A stretch of 64,000 nt of DNA from Gemmatimonadales bacterium (GTDB taxonomy: Bacteria > Gemmatimonadota > Gemmatimonadetes > Gemmatimonadales > GWC2-71-9). A model generated the notes under the pieces. The model was not told where the DNA came from and searched no databases. It worked only from the letters and a program-made list of their open reading frames with translations. Shown in pieces: positions 9,317 through 17,973 of the stretch (its first letter is position 1; every line of letters starts with the position of its first letter). Location: assembly GCA_039934355.1 (NCBI GenBank), contig JBDTMI010000008.1:3012-67011 (forward strand), in the 5' to 3' direction. The position numbers and the translations under genes were made by a program.

Positions 9317-11326
9317 ATGCCCTCCCGCTCCATCGTCATCCACGGCCACTTCTACCAGCCGCCGCGGGAAGATCCGTGGCTCAACCTCGTCGAGGCGGAG
9401 CCGTCGGCGGCGCCCTTTCACGATTGGAACGATCGGATCGAGCAGGAGTGTTACCGGGCAGTGGCGGCGGCGCGGGTGCCGGGAATGGGAGGACGGATCG
9501 CCCGGATCGAGAACGCCTACGAGTGGATCAGCTTCAACTTCGGGCCGACCCTGCTGGAATGGATGGAGCATGCGGCGCCGGATACCTACGCGGCCGTGCT
9601 CACGGCCGACCGCCTCAGCACGGCGCGACTGGGGCATGGCAACGCGATCGCGATGCCGTACCATCACGCCATCCTGCCGCTCTCCAGCCGCCGAGAAAAG
9701 ATGACCGAGGTCCGCTGGGGCATCGCCGATTTCCGGCGACGTTTCGGACGCGAGCCGGAGGGAATGTGGCTGCCGGAGACGGCAGTCGACGAGGAGACGC
9801 TCGACGTCCTGGCGGAGGCGGGCATCCGCTTCACCATCCTCGCGCCCCATCAGGTTGATCCCCTCCCCCCTGGCGGCCGACCGGGTGTCGTCACCACGAC
9901 GAGCGGTCGCACCATCGCGGTGTGCGTCTATGATGGCTCGCTGGCGCACGATGTCGCCTTCGGCCCACTGGTGCGGGACGCTGAGGCTTGGGCGGCACGG
10001 TTGCTGACGCCAGCGGTCGATCCCATGTCACCCGCCGTGCTGGTGTCGCTCGCCACCGACGGCGAGACGTGGGGACATCACCACGCGTTCGGCGAGATGG
10101 CGCTGATCCGCACCCTGATTCAATTGCGCGAGCGTCCGGGCATCCGGGTGGAGAACTTCGCGGCCTTTCTGGCTCGCGAGTCCGTGAGCCATCCGGTGCA
10201 GCTCATCGCGCCGAGCGCGTGGAGCTGCAGCCATGGTGTGGAGCGGTGGCGGAGCGATTGCGGCTGCAAGATGAGTCACGATCCGCCCACCAGCCAGGCG
10301 TGGCGCGCGCCGCTGCGTGACGCACTGAGCTGGTTCACGACCGAGTGCCACGCACTCTATGACCGGGAAGGGGCCACGGTCCTGCGGGATCCCGCGGCGG
10401 CGCTCGCCGGGTACGGCGCGGTGATCGGTGCCGACATGGAGACCGTGCAGGCCTACATCGCGGGCGCCACCCGAGCGGACATCGATGCCGAGGGCAGGAT
10501 CCGGGCGGCCGAGTTGCTCGAACTGGAGCGCGGGGCGCTCCGGTCGCTGACGTCGTGCGCCTGGTTCTTCGACGATCTGGCGGGAATCGAGACGCTGCAG
10601 GTGCTGCGCTACGCTGCCTGGGCGATCGCGCTGGCCGGGCCGGAGGCCGCGCGCCTCGAAGCGGGACTGGCCAGCCGACTGGCCCCGGCCCGGAGCAATC
10701 TCCGGACGCTCGGCACCGGACGGGATCTGTATCTCGAGATCGCCAGGCCACTCGCGCCGGCGCCGCTGAGGATCGCGGCCGGACTCGCGGCGGCACGGCG
10801 CATCGCGCCGGAGGCAGCGACGACACCGGCCTGGATGATCGATGGGCCCGACGATCGTCTGCGGCTGGTGAATCGACGCACCGGGCGGGAGCAGCTGCTG
10901 TCGCTGGTGCTCACCGAGGCGGCACTGGACCTCACCGTTGTCATCACCTCGCCGCTCACCGCCGAGCCCCTGACCCTGACGCTCGCCGACCTCCCCGAGC
11001 GCCAGCGCGAGGAAATCGGCGTGGTGTTGCGGAGCCGCTGCCTCGCAATGCTGCTGAACACCCAGGAGCGAGCAGCGGTCGCCCGGGGTGACGCGTTGCG
11101 GCCAGTGGTCCGTCAGGCGCTGGTACGGTGGGTGCGGGCGCTTGGCCGCGAGCGGGATGCGCCCGCCGAGTCCGCGGTGACCCTGTTGCTCCACCTGCTG
11201 GATCAGCTCGGCCAGACGGTACCATTCGAGGCGCAGACCCTGTTCTACGAACGCTGGCAGGCAGGCGGCACTGGCGACGCTGGAATAATGGAGCTGGCGA
11301 AGCGGATGGGGTTCGTCACGCCCTGA
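9317..11326 (+). CDS. GH57-family protein with a long C-terminal domain (DUF3536-type), specificity unknown
   Basis: MPSRSIVIHGHFYQPPRE is GH57 region 1, with WLPETAV and TDGETWGHH further on. The start is taken at the ATG at 9317. Confidence 0.8.
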   Translation: MPSRSIVIHGHFYQPPREDPWLNLVEAEPSAAPFHDWNDRIEQECYRAVAAARVPGMGGRIARIENAYEWISFNFGPTLLEWMEHAAPDTYAAVLTADRLSTARLGHGNAIAMPYHHAILPLSSRREKMTEVRWGIADFRRRFGREPEGMWLPETAVDEETLDVLAEAGIRFTILAPHQVDPLPPGGRPGVVTTTSGRTIAVCVYDGSLAHDVAFGPLVRDAEAWAARLLTPAVDPMSPAVLVSLATDGETWGHHHAFGEMALIRTLIQLRERPGIRVENFAAFLARESVSHPVQLIAPSAWSCSHGVERWRSDCGCKMSHDPPTSQAWRAPLRDALSWFTTECHALYDREGATVLRDPAAALAGYGAVIGADMETVQAYIAGATRADIDAEGRIRAAELLELERGALRSLTSCAWFFDDLAGIETLQVLRYAAWAIALAGPEAARLEAGLASRLAPARSNLRTLGTGRDLYLEIARPLAPAPLRIAAGLAAARRIAPEAATTPAWMIDGPDDRLRLVNRRTGREQLLSLVLTEAALDLTVVITSPLTAEPLTLTLADLPERQREEIGVVLRSRCLAMLLNTQERAAVARGDALRPVVRQALVRWVRALGRERDAPAESAVTLLLHLLDQLGQTVPFEAQTLFYERWQAGGTGDAGIMELAKRMGFVTP

Positions 11327-11333
11327 GACAGAA

Positions 11334-11365
11334 CCCCCCCGTTCCGTCGACCGGAACGAGGGGGG
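11334..11365. terminator. GC-rich hairpin between convergent genes
   Basis: The hairpin is cccccccgttccg tcga cggaacgagggggg. No T tract follows it. Confidence 0.45.
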
Positions 11366-11394
11366 TGATGCGGGTGCTCTGGGTCGGCGTCGGG

Positions 11395-12156
11395 TCAGCT
11401 ATGGCGGTACGTCCGCGCGGCGGCAATGAAGGCACGGAACAGATGCCGGGTGTGCGGATCGGTCATCTCGAACATCTCGGGATGCCACTGCACTCCGACC
11501 ATGAAGTGATCGGCGTCCCGCTCGACGGCCTCCACCAGTCCGTCCGGGGCGACCGCGGCGGGGACCAGCTCCGAGGCGAGTTGCTTGATGCCCTGATGGT
11601 GCATGCTGTTGACCAGGATGTTCGGCTTCTCCATCACGGCCAGCAGGCGGCTCCCCTTGGCGAGGGCGACCTCGTGAGCCAGGTGATCCCGGTCGAAGCC
11701 GGCGGTGGGGAAGTAGTCATGCTTGATGGAGTCGGGGACCTGCGCGGCAATGTCCTGATACAACGTGCCGCCGAACGCGACGTTCAAGACCTGGATGCCA
11801 CGGCAGAGCCCGAGCACCGGCTTGCGGTCTTCGATGGCCCAGCGGGTGAGCTGCAGCTCCACCCGGTCCCGGGCCGGGTCAAGCGCGCCCAGCTTGGGGT
11901 GGCGCTCCTCGCCGAAGGTGGCGGGGTCCATGTCCACGCCCCCGGGGATGAGGATGCCATCCAGCCGGTCGTAGATCTCGCGCAACGTATCTTCGTCGTC
12001 GTCGAGCAACGGAATCATCCACGGCACCCCACCCACGATCGTGGCCGCGAGGAAATACCGCTGATTCATCACCCAGGATTCCGGGAGCGCGGCCGGAATT
12101 CCGTCGATGGCGTGCAGCGTCTGGGTTGTGACCCCGATTACGGGACGTGGCAGCAT
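11395..12156 (-). CDS. Class I glutamine amidotransferase-like / peptidase C26 gamma-glutamyl hydrolase (PuuD-like)
   Basis: GLCRGIQVLNVAFGG carries the nucleophile Cys, with MHHQGI and VQWHPE (His/Glu) also present. The start is taken at MLPRPVIGV. Confidence 0.85.
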   Translation of the reverse strand: MLPRPVIGVTTQTLHAIDGIPAALPESWVMNQRYFLAATIVGGVPWMIPLLDDDEDTLREIYDRLDGILIPGGVDMDPATFGEERHPKLGALDPARDRVELQLTRWAIEDRKPVLGLCRGIQVLNVAFGGTLYQDIAAQVPDSIKHDYFPTAGFDRDHLAHEVALAKGSRLLAVMEKPNILVNSMHHQGIKQLASELVPAAVAPDGLVEAVERDADHFMVGVQWHPEMFEMTDPHTRHLFRAFIAAARTYRHS

Positions 12157-12259
12157 GTTGCTCGAATATCGGCCGGAACCGCCCGGCCCAGGATGAATGA
12201 TTGGTGAAAGGCTCTTACTCCCTACAGGCACAAACTACGCCACGCCCCCGCCGGTTCCT

Positions 12260-13366
12260 TTAGAGTACCCCTTCGGCGGTCTCCCGGACCAGCTGGTCCA
12301 CGACCTGGCGGAGGTCTCCGGTCCTCTTGAAGGTGGCCAGCTGCCGGTCAGCGCTGGTGCCCTCCTCCAGAATCTTGTAGGCGTACTCGATCTCCTTGCG
12401 GGTGCCGAGTTCGTCGATCACGTCGCCGAGAAACCAGTCGAGCATCTCGCGGATCAGTACCCGTGAAGGCTGCTCGGTCCCTTTGCCAAAATCGATGAGC
12501 TTGCCATCGAGCCCGTACCGACTGGCCCGCCATTTGTTCTCCTCGATGAACGCCACCGAATACTGCCGGAAGGAGAGGTTGTCCCGTCTGAGCTTCCACA
12601 GCTTGGCGACGATGGCCTGGAAGATCGCGGCGATACAGACCGCTTCGTCGACCCGGGTGCAGACATCGCAGATGCGGAATTCCAGCGTGGGATAGCTCCA
12701 GCTGGGCCGGAGGTCCCACCAGATCTTCGACGCGTTCGGAATGCTGTTGGTGGCGACCAGCGTGTTGACGACATCCTCGAACTCGCCCCACGAGCCGAGG
12801 CTGCGCGGGACGCCGGTCCGGGGAAAGCTCCGAAACACGATACTTCGGTAGGACTTGAGGCCAGTCTGTCGACCCATCCAGAAGGGGGAGCTGGTCGAGA
12901 GCGTCAGCACATGCGGCAGGAAGTACCGGGCCACATTCATCGCATCGATCAGAAACTCCCGATCCTCGATGCCGATATGCACATGAGTCCCGAAAATCAG
13001 CAGCGCCTGCGCCAGGTCCTGCAGGTCCTCCTTCACCCCCATGTAGCGCTCGAGCGGGGTGATCTCCTGATCCATCCAGGAGGAGAAGGGATGACTCCCC
13101 GCGGCCGCGACTCGCAGCCCCTGTTTGGCGGCCAGATCCATGACCAGCCGCCGCAGCCGCACCAGCTCGGAACGCACTTCACTCGGATGGTGGCAGACCC
13201 GAGTGCCGATTTCCACCATCGACTGGTGCAGCTCCGGCTTGATTTCGCCGAGCATCATCGAGTCCTCCTTGAGGATCTCGGTGATATAGGAGCGGAGCTC
13301 CCGGGTCTCGGGGTCGATGATCTGATACTCTTCTTCGACGCCGATAGTGAGGCTGGGGGCTTTCAT
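12260..13366 (-). CDS. Carboxylate-amine ligase, GCS2 / YbdK family
   Basis: [13 protein letters not shown] at the N-terminus, the HVHIG motif and a 368-aa length are typical of glutamate-cysteine ligase family 2. GAGGAG lies 5 nt upstream. Confidence 0.9.
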   Translation of the reverse strand: MKAPSLTIGVEEEYQIIDPETRELRSYITEILKEDSMMLGEIKPELHQSMVEIGTRVCHHPSEVRSELVRLRRLVMDLAAKQGLRVAAAGSHPFSSWMDQEITPLERYMGVKEDLQDLAQALLIFGTHVHIGIEDREFLIDAMNVARYFLPHVLTLSTSSPFWMGRQTGLKSYRSIVFRSFPRTGVPRSLGSWGEFEDVVNTLVATNSIPNASKIWWDLRPSWSYPTLEFRICDVCTRVDEAVCIAAIFQAIVAKLWKLRRDNLSFRQYSVAFIEENKWRASRYGLDGKLIDFGKGTEQPSRVLIREMLDWFLGDVIDELGTRKEIEYAYKILEEGTSADRQLATFKRTGDLRQVVDQLVRETAEGVL

Positions 13367-13397
13367 TGCTTCTCCTCGAGCTGGGATCCGATAGCGC

Positions 13398-13461
13398 GTT
13401 CAGCGTTGAGCATTCAGCGGTACGCGGCTGAACGCCGAACGCTGAATGCTGAACGCTGACC
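13398..13461. repeat. Inverted heptamer arrays (3 GTTCAGC-type units facing 5 GCTGAAC-type units)
   Basis: The sequence reads gttcagc gttgagc attcagc ggtacgc g gctgaac gccgaac gctgaat gctgaac gctgacc. The arms are mutually complementary. Confidence 0.85.
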
Positions 13462-13463
13462 AC

Positions 13464-14819
13464 TCACTCGCGTTCCTCGACCACAAAACAAGGCACCGTA
13501 CTCCCCCCGCCGGCCGTCACGTTCAGCAGGGCGGCGGTGGACAGTCGCGTGAGGCAGCCATCCACCGCCGAGCCATTGAGGACGAAGGGTGCGGTATCGA
13601 ACATCCGGTCGATGAAGTGGACCGCGCCCTCGGACCAGGTGGGATAGGCTTCGCTCGGAACCGCGACGCGGGCCTGCACGATATGCGGTGTGGTGAGGGC
13701 GTGCGCGAGCGCCGCGGCCCACCCGGCATCATCCACCGTCCAGCCGAGGATCACCCCGGCGCCGCCGTAATCATCGTTGGGCTTGAGGACCAGCCGCTCG
13801 CGGTTGGCGGCGATGAACGGAACCAGGTCCACCCGCTCGCCGGCGCATTCCGTCTTCCGCTCCTCCACCACCCGGGTCCACGGAAGGAACTCGGCGATCG
13901 CCTCCCGCTCGCGCGGCGAGAAGAGGGTCGTATTCCGTTCGTCGGAGAGCACGGCGAGACTGGCCTTCTTGTGCAGCAGCTTGCAGCGAAAGGGATTTAC
14001 CATGCAGACCGCCCGATCCCGCACGGCCCGCACCATGGGATGCTCCAGCCCTTCCCGCTCCACCAGTTCGTTGATCAGCACCCGCTTGTAGATCAGGTCG
14101 ATCTCGCCACCGGGACCACGAAGCCGGCCACCGTGGTATTCGAGCTCGCGCGGATCGACGATGACAGTGGGACAGCCGATTGATTCGAAGTACGCCTTGA
14201 AAATCTCGAACTCCACGTACGTCGGCACGTCGTTCCAGTCGACAATGGCGATGCGGGGCCGCTCCCAGCGGCCGGAGAACTCTCGCCAGGCGTCCAGAAT
14301 GATCGTTGCCACGCCCGGCCGGGCCGGCAGCGGCATCACCCGGTAGCGCTGGCGAAAGGCGCGCATGACCGGCAGCACCGCGAACGCCTCGGTCAGCAGA
14401 TCGTTGAAGCCGGCCCCAGCGGGCGTCTCGGCGTTGTACTCCGTGAGCGCGAGCGTGTCGGTGGCGTCGACCGTGAAACAGTCGAGCCGTCCATGCGGGC
14501 TCGGGCTGGCATACCCGGGATCGGCCAGCATGAGCTGTTCTTCCCAGTCGGTGAGACGGAACTGTGCCCGCAGCGCCGCATCGATCATGGCGGCGTGGTG
14601 GGCCCGCCCGAACGCCGACATCAGGCGCCCGATGCGTCCCTCCATGCGGGAGAGCCACGAGGCGGTGACAAAGCGGGGCCGGAGCACGGTGCACAGCGGC
14701 CGATCACCGAAGACCAGCGTCCGCCGCCGCAGCTCCTCCTCGAGCATGACGTGCGAGGCTTCGGCCAGCTCCGACTGTCCGAGCAGCTCGTGGTAGAGTG
14801 CGATGGGTCCGGCGCTCAC
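13464..14819 (-). CDS. ATP-grasp-fold amidoligase, glutathionylspermidine-synthase-like or circularly permuted ATP-grasp type
   Basis: LALTEYNAETPAGAGF resembles the E-x-N-x-(D/E)-T-P motif of GSP-synthase / CP-ATP-grasp families. The start is set at the GTG at 14819, which overlaps the upstream stop (GTGA). The longer ORF to 15176 overlaps the next gene. Confidence 0.65.
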   Translation of the reverse strand: MSAGPIALYHELLGQSELAEASHVMLEEELRRRTLVFGDRPLCTVLRPRFVTASWLSRMEGRIGRLMSAFGRAHHAAMIDAALRAQFRLTDWEEQLMLADPGYASPSPHGRLDCFTVDATDTLALTEYNAETPAGAGFNDLLTEAFAVLPVMRAFRQRYRVMPLPARPGVATIILDAWREFSGRWERPRIAIVDWNDVPTYVEFEIFKAYFESIGCPTVIVDPRELEYHGGRLRGPGGEIDLIYKRVLINELVEREGLEHPMVRAVRDRAVCMVNPFRCKLLHKKASLAVLSDERNTTLFSPREREAIAEFLPWTRVVEERKTECAGERVDLVPFIAANRERLVLKPNDDYGGAGVILGWTVDDAGWAAALAHALTTPHIVQARVAVPSEAYPTWSEGAVHFIDRMFDTAPFVLNGSAVDGCLTRLSTAALLNVTAGGGSTVPCFVVEERE

Positions 14820-15748
14820 CGCCGGCTCTGGGCAAAGAGCTGGGCCCACCCCGCCTGTTCCACCTGGCGCCGGCCACCGTTGGCCAGCCGGATCACCAGA
14901 TCCGCCATGTGGGTCACCACCCACTCGAAGTAGGCCGGTGTGAGCGAGTAGATGTCCATGTCCGGTGCCGGGTTCATGAAATCGATCGCGTAGGGAATCC
15001 CGTCGCGTATGGCGAACTCGATCGTGTTCATGTCGTAGCCCAGCGCCCGGACGATCGTGTGGCAATCGCGGGTGACCTGTTCCCGCAGCGCGGCCGGCAG
15101 GTAGTCGTGATCGACGACATAAGATCGATGTTTCGGATCCCACTGCATGATCAGGACATCGTCCTGGCCCAGGCACATGCAGCGGACGAACTGGTCGAAA
15201 TGAATGAACTCCTGCATGATCATGTTGAGCAGGCCGGAGTCGTCATAGTTCTTCAGCAGGTCTTCCCGGGTGTGACAGACATAGACATCGCGCCAGCCGC
15301 CGCCGTGGGCGTCCTTGAGAATGCAGGGGAGACCGATTTCCCGGATCAGGCCATCCCAGTCCACCAGTTGCAGATTGCGCAGGCTCTCGTCCCGGACGAT
15401 CCCCTTGATGTAGTCCCGGTTGGGGAGGGCGACGGTCTTCGGGCTCGCGACGCCGAGCTTCGTGATGAGCGCCGCCCCGAAGAACTTGTCGTCCGCCGTC
15501 CACATGAACGGGTTGTTCACCACCGCGACGCCCTGCACCACGCACTGTTTGAGGTAGGAGCGGTAGAACGGCACCTCATGGGAGATCCGGTCCACGATGA
15601 CGTCCCAGGGGCAGGGCTGATCCATCGCCACCGCGCCGATCGAGACCATCTCCGCCACGACGCCGGCATCCCGGCGCGCGACTTCATCAATGAACGCCGG
15701 GGGAAAGCTCCACTCCCGCCCGACGATGAGGCCGACGCGCTTGAGCAT
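14816..15748 (-). CDS. ATP-grasp domain ligase (RimK / glutathione-synthetase-like)
   Basis: GLPCILKDAHGGGWRDVYVC, the MQEFI motif and IEFAIRDGIPYAIDFMNPAPD (Mg/ATP-binding region) are present. The start is taken at MLKRVGLIV. Confidence 0.8.
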   Translation of the reverse strand: MLKRVGLIVGREWSFPPAFIDEVARRDAGVVAEMVSIGAVAMDQPCPWDVIVDRISHEVPFYRSYLKQCVVQGVAVVNNPFMWTADDKFFGAALITKLGVASPKTVALPNRDYIKGIVRDESLRNLQLVDWDGLIREIGLPCILKDAHGGGWRDVYVCHTREDLLKNYDDSGLLNMIMQEFIHFDQFVRCMCLGQDDVLIMQWDPKHRSYVVDHDYLPAALREQVTRDCHTIVRALGYDMNTIEFAIRDGIPYAIDFMNPAPDMDIYSLTPAYFEWVVTHMADLVIRLANGGRRQVEQAGWAQLFAQSRR

Positions 15749-15773
15749 GGGTGCAGGTCCAGTGTGTGAATTC

Positions 15774-15878
15774 GTTGAGCGTTCAGCATTCAGCGGTAAG
15801 CATTCAGCAACCACAGTCGTCGACCGCCGCGCCAGGTTCAGTCCGAAACCGCTGAAGGCTGAATGCTGACCGCTGGCC
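15774..15878. repeat. Inverted heptamer arrays separated by about 40 nt
   Basis: The left arm is gttgagc gttcagc attcagc ggtaagc attcagc (15774-15808). The right arm is gctgaag gctgaat gctgacc gctggcc (15851-15878). Confidence 0.85.
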
Positions 15879-15883
15879 CCCGC

Positions 15884-16603
15884 TCATCCAGGTCCGCCCA
15901 GGTACATCCGCGCCATCTTCTCCCAGTACGGCCAGTCGTGCGCCGAACCGTCCCAGGGACGCAGCGCGTTGCCGATGCTCTTGCTCCAGAGCAGCTCGGA
16001 GAAGTCGACATTGTTCTGGTACATCGGATCGTCCCGGCCGATCACGAAGATCAGGTCCTGCCGCCGGAACGCGGCGAGGCGGCCAGGATGGTGCTCGTGC
16101 ACCATGAAGTCCATCGGATTCACCGGGTACACATTTTCATCCGAGAAGCCGTCGGTCATCCGCTTGAGGTCGTACATCCCGCTCATGCCGAGCACCCGAT
16201 TGACCTGTTCGGGAAAGAGCAGCCCGAACGTGGCGGCATGCGTGGCCCCCAGACTGGCGCCCGTCGCAATGACATACGGATTCGGGTTCTGCCACGCGGA
16301 GTACGGCAGGACTTCCTCGCGGATGTAGCGGAAATACTGCCGGTGCACCCACCCGCGGTGACTGGGATGGGTCCGGGTGTTCCCCCAGTTTTCTTCGTGC
16401 GGCTGGTCCAGGCAATAGAGCTGGATCCAGCCATTGTCGAGGTGATCCTGCAGCACCTCGTGCATCCGCCGGTCAGGCCATTCGGAATGGGTGCCCATGC
16501 TGGTGGGAAAGACCAGCACCCGGGCGCCGGCGTGCCCGATCACCTGCAAGGTCATCGACCGGTCGAGCGCCGGGCTGCGCCAGGAGTGGGTTTCGTGATG
16601 CAT
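15884..16603 (-). CDS. Esterase-family alpha/beta hydrolase (esterase D / putative esterase type)
   Basis: 239 aa with the nucleophile elbow GASLGATHA and a C-terminal HDWPYW region. Confidence 0.75.
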   Translation of the reverse strand: MHHETHSWRSPALDRSMTLQVIGHAGARVLVFPTSMGTHSEWPDRRMHEVLQDHLDNGWIQLYCLDQPHEENWGNTRTHPSHRGWVHRQYFRYIREEVLPYSAWQNPNPYVIATGASLGATHAATFGLLFPEQVNRVLGMSGMYDLKRMTDGFSDENVYPVNPMDFMVHEHHPGRLAAFRRQDLIFVIGRDDPMYQNNVDFSELLWSKSIGNALRPWDGSAHDWPYWEKMARMYLGGPG

Positions 16604-16640
16604 GGGGTGGCGGGGAGCAGGTGGCAGGTAGTCACACGCC

Positions 16641-16668
16641 GACGGCTGACGGCTGACGACTCACGCCT
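16641..16668. repeat. Heptanucleotide repeat (GACGGCT family, the reverse-complement phase of GCCGTCA)
   Basis: The array reads gacggct gacggct gacgact cacgcct. Confidence 0.8.
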
Positions 16669-16842
16669 GCCAGCCCCTTGTTGGGGGGACAATCTACCCC
16701 GATCCGCGAATTCCTCCATGCCCCCCCCGAGAGGCGGGTCACGGCTCGGCGGCACCCGCCCGGATACAAGCAACCCCGGTGGGTCGCGGCCAACCGGGGT
16801 AGGGCTCGACTCTTGACGTCTGCGTGCTGAGGACGCCGCCGG

Positions 16843-17511
16843 TTACTCCATCGGCTTCAGGCTCAACTGCATGTGAAATGTGCCACCTGCACCGGTCAGT
16901 TCAAATACGCCTCGGGCCGGCTTGCCCAGGGACACCCCTTCCACCCCCTCCGGCAATCCCTGCAACACGGCACACTCCTCGGCGCAATCCATCCGGCGCC
17001 ACCAGGTGGTGCCGCCTTCGTTGGTGATCAACAGCGAAACCGAACCCAGCCAGTGTGCCCCGCCCTGGCGGAGTCCATTGAGTGCGGACCCGAGAATCTG
17101 ACTCGCCGGATCCAGGAACGGTCGTCCGAGCTGACTCAGGCCGGAGGTGGTGGCCACACCGCCGTCGAGTTCGGTGGTGAGTTCCGCCGACTCGGATTCC
17201 AGCACGGAGATCACCACCCGGGCGCTGTCGCCGGGCGCGAGCAGCAGCACCTCCATCGGAGTCGGTGACACAATCGCGTTCTCGGCGAGTCGATAGTGTC
17301 CGCTGGCGGGGAGATGCGAGCTCGCGTGAGAATGGGAACCCAGGACCGAGACGAGGAAGTAGGGAGCATCGGTGCTGTCCCCCGCGCCGCGGGAGGTGGT
17401 GAGTGTTGCGGCGTGCAGGGTGGTCAGCTCGATGGCAACCCGGCTCGGCGCAGGCCAGGTCGAAAGCAGGCTGGTCAGCAGGAGCCCGCTGCAAGCAGGA
17501 ATCGGGAGCAT
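16843..17511 (-). CDS. Hypothetical secreted protein (222 aa)
   Basis: MLPIPACSGLLLTSLLSTWPAPS looks like a signal peptide. I recognised no family. The upstream 100 codons of the ORF-track entry are Pro/Arg-rich and were rejected. Confidence 0.45.
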   Translation of the reverse strand: MLPIPACSGLLLTSLLSTWPAPSRVAIELTTLHAATLTTSRGAGDSTDAPYFLVSVLGSHSHASSHLPASGHYRLAENAIVSPTPMEVLLLAPGDSARVVISVLESESAELTTELDGGVATTSGLSQLGRPFLDPASQILGSALNGLRQGGAHWLGSVSLLITNEGGTTWWRRMDCAEECAVLQGLPEGVEGVSLGKPARGVFELTGAGGTFHMQLSLKPME

Positions 17512-17973
17512 GATCTGGACATCCGGAGAGAAGGGAGGGAGGGATACCCAGGGTCTCGGCGCGCAAGGATGCACCTGGCAACATAGGACTGTGCGGCTGG
17601 AACTGGCAGGAGACGGCTGGAGCTGGCGGCCGTTGCACGGCGGAGGGTGGAAGTGGCCGCGGTCGCGTACGCGGCTCCCTGGCGGGCAGGCCGTGCCCCT
17701 CGGACGGCGACGGAACTGCGGAGGAGGGAGCGGCGGCCGTCGCGACGCCGGTTCCCGGGTGGGGCAGAGAGCGGGCAGCGGGTGCCCCTCGTCGTGGAAG
17801 CCTCCTGACACGCACCATGGGTGGTGCGGTCGACCTTCGAGGCTGCCGCCTCATGATGCAGCACCGGCGGCAAACCCCTGCTCGAAAGAACGCTTGCGCT
17901 CCCCCGGCAGTCTCACGCGGCCCATCACCAGCTCCCCGCTACCAGTCGCCAGCCCGCGCCTTACCTTTCTCCC

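Noticed and set aside
12157-12259. A possible hairpin (ggccggaacc ... ggttccttt) between the GCS2 and amidotransferase genes.
   Set aside because: Only about 7 bp can pair across a roughly 60-nt loop. That is too weak to call.
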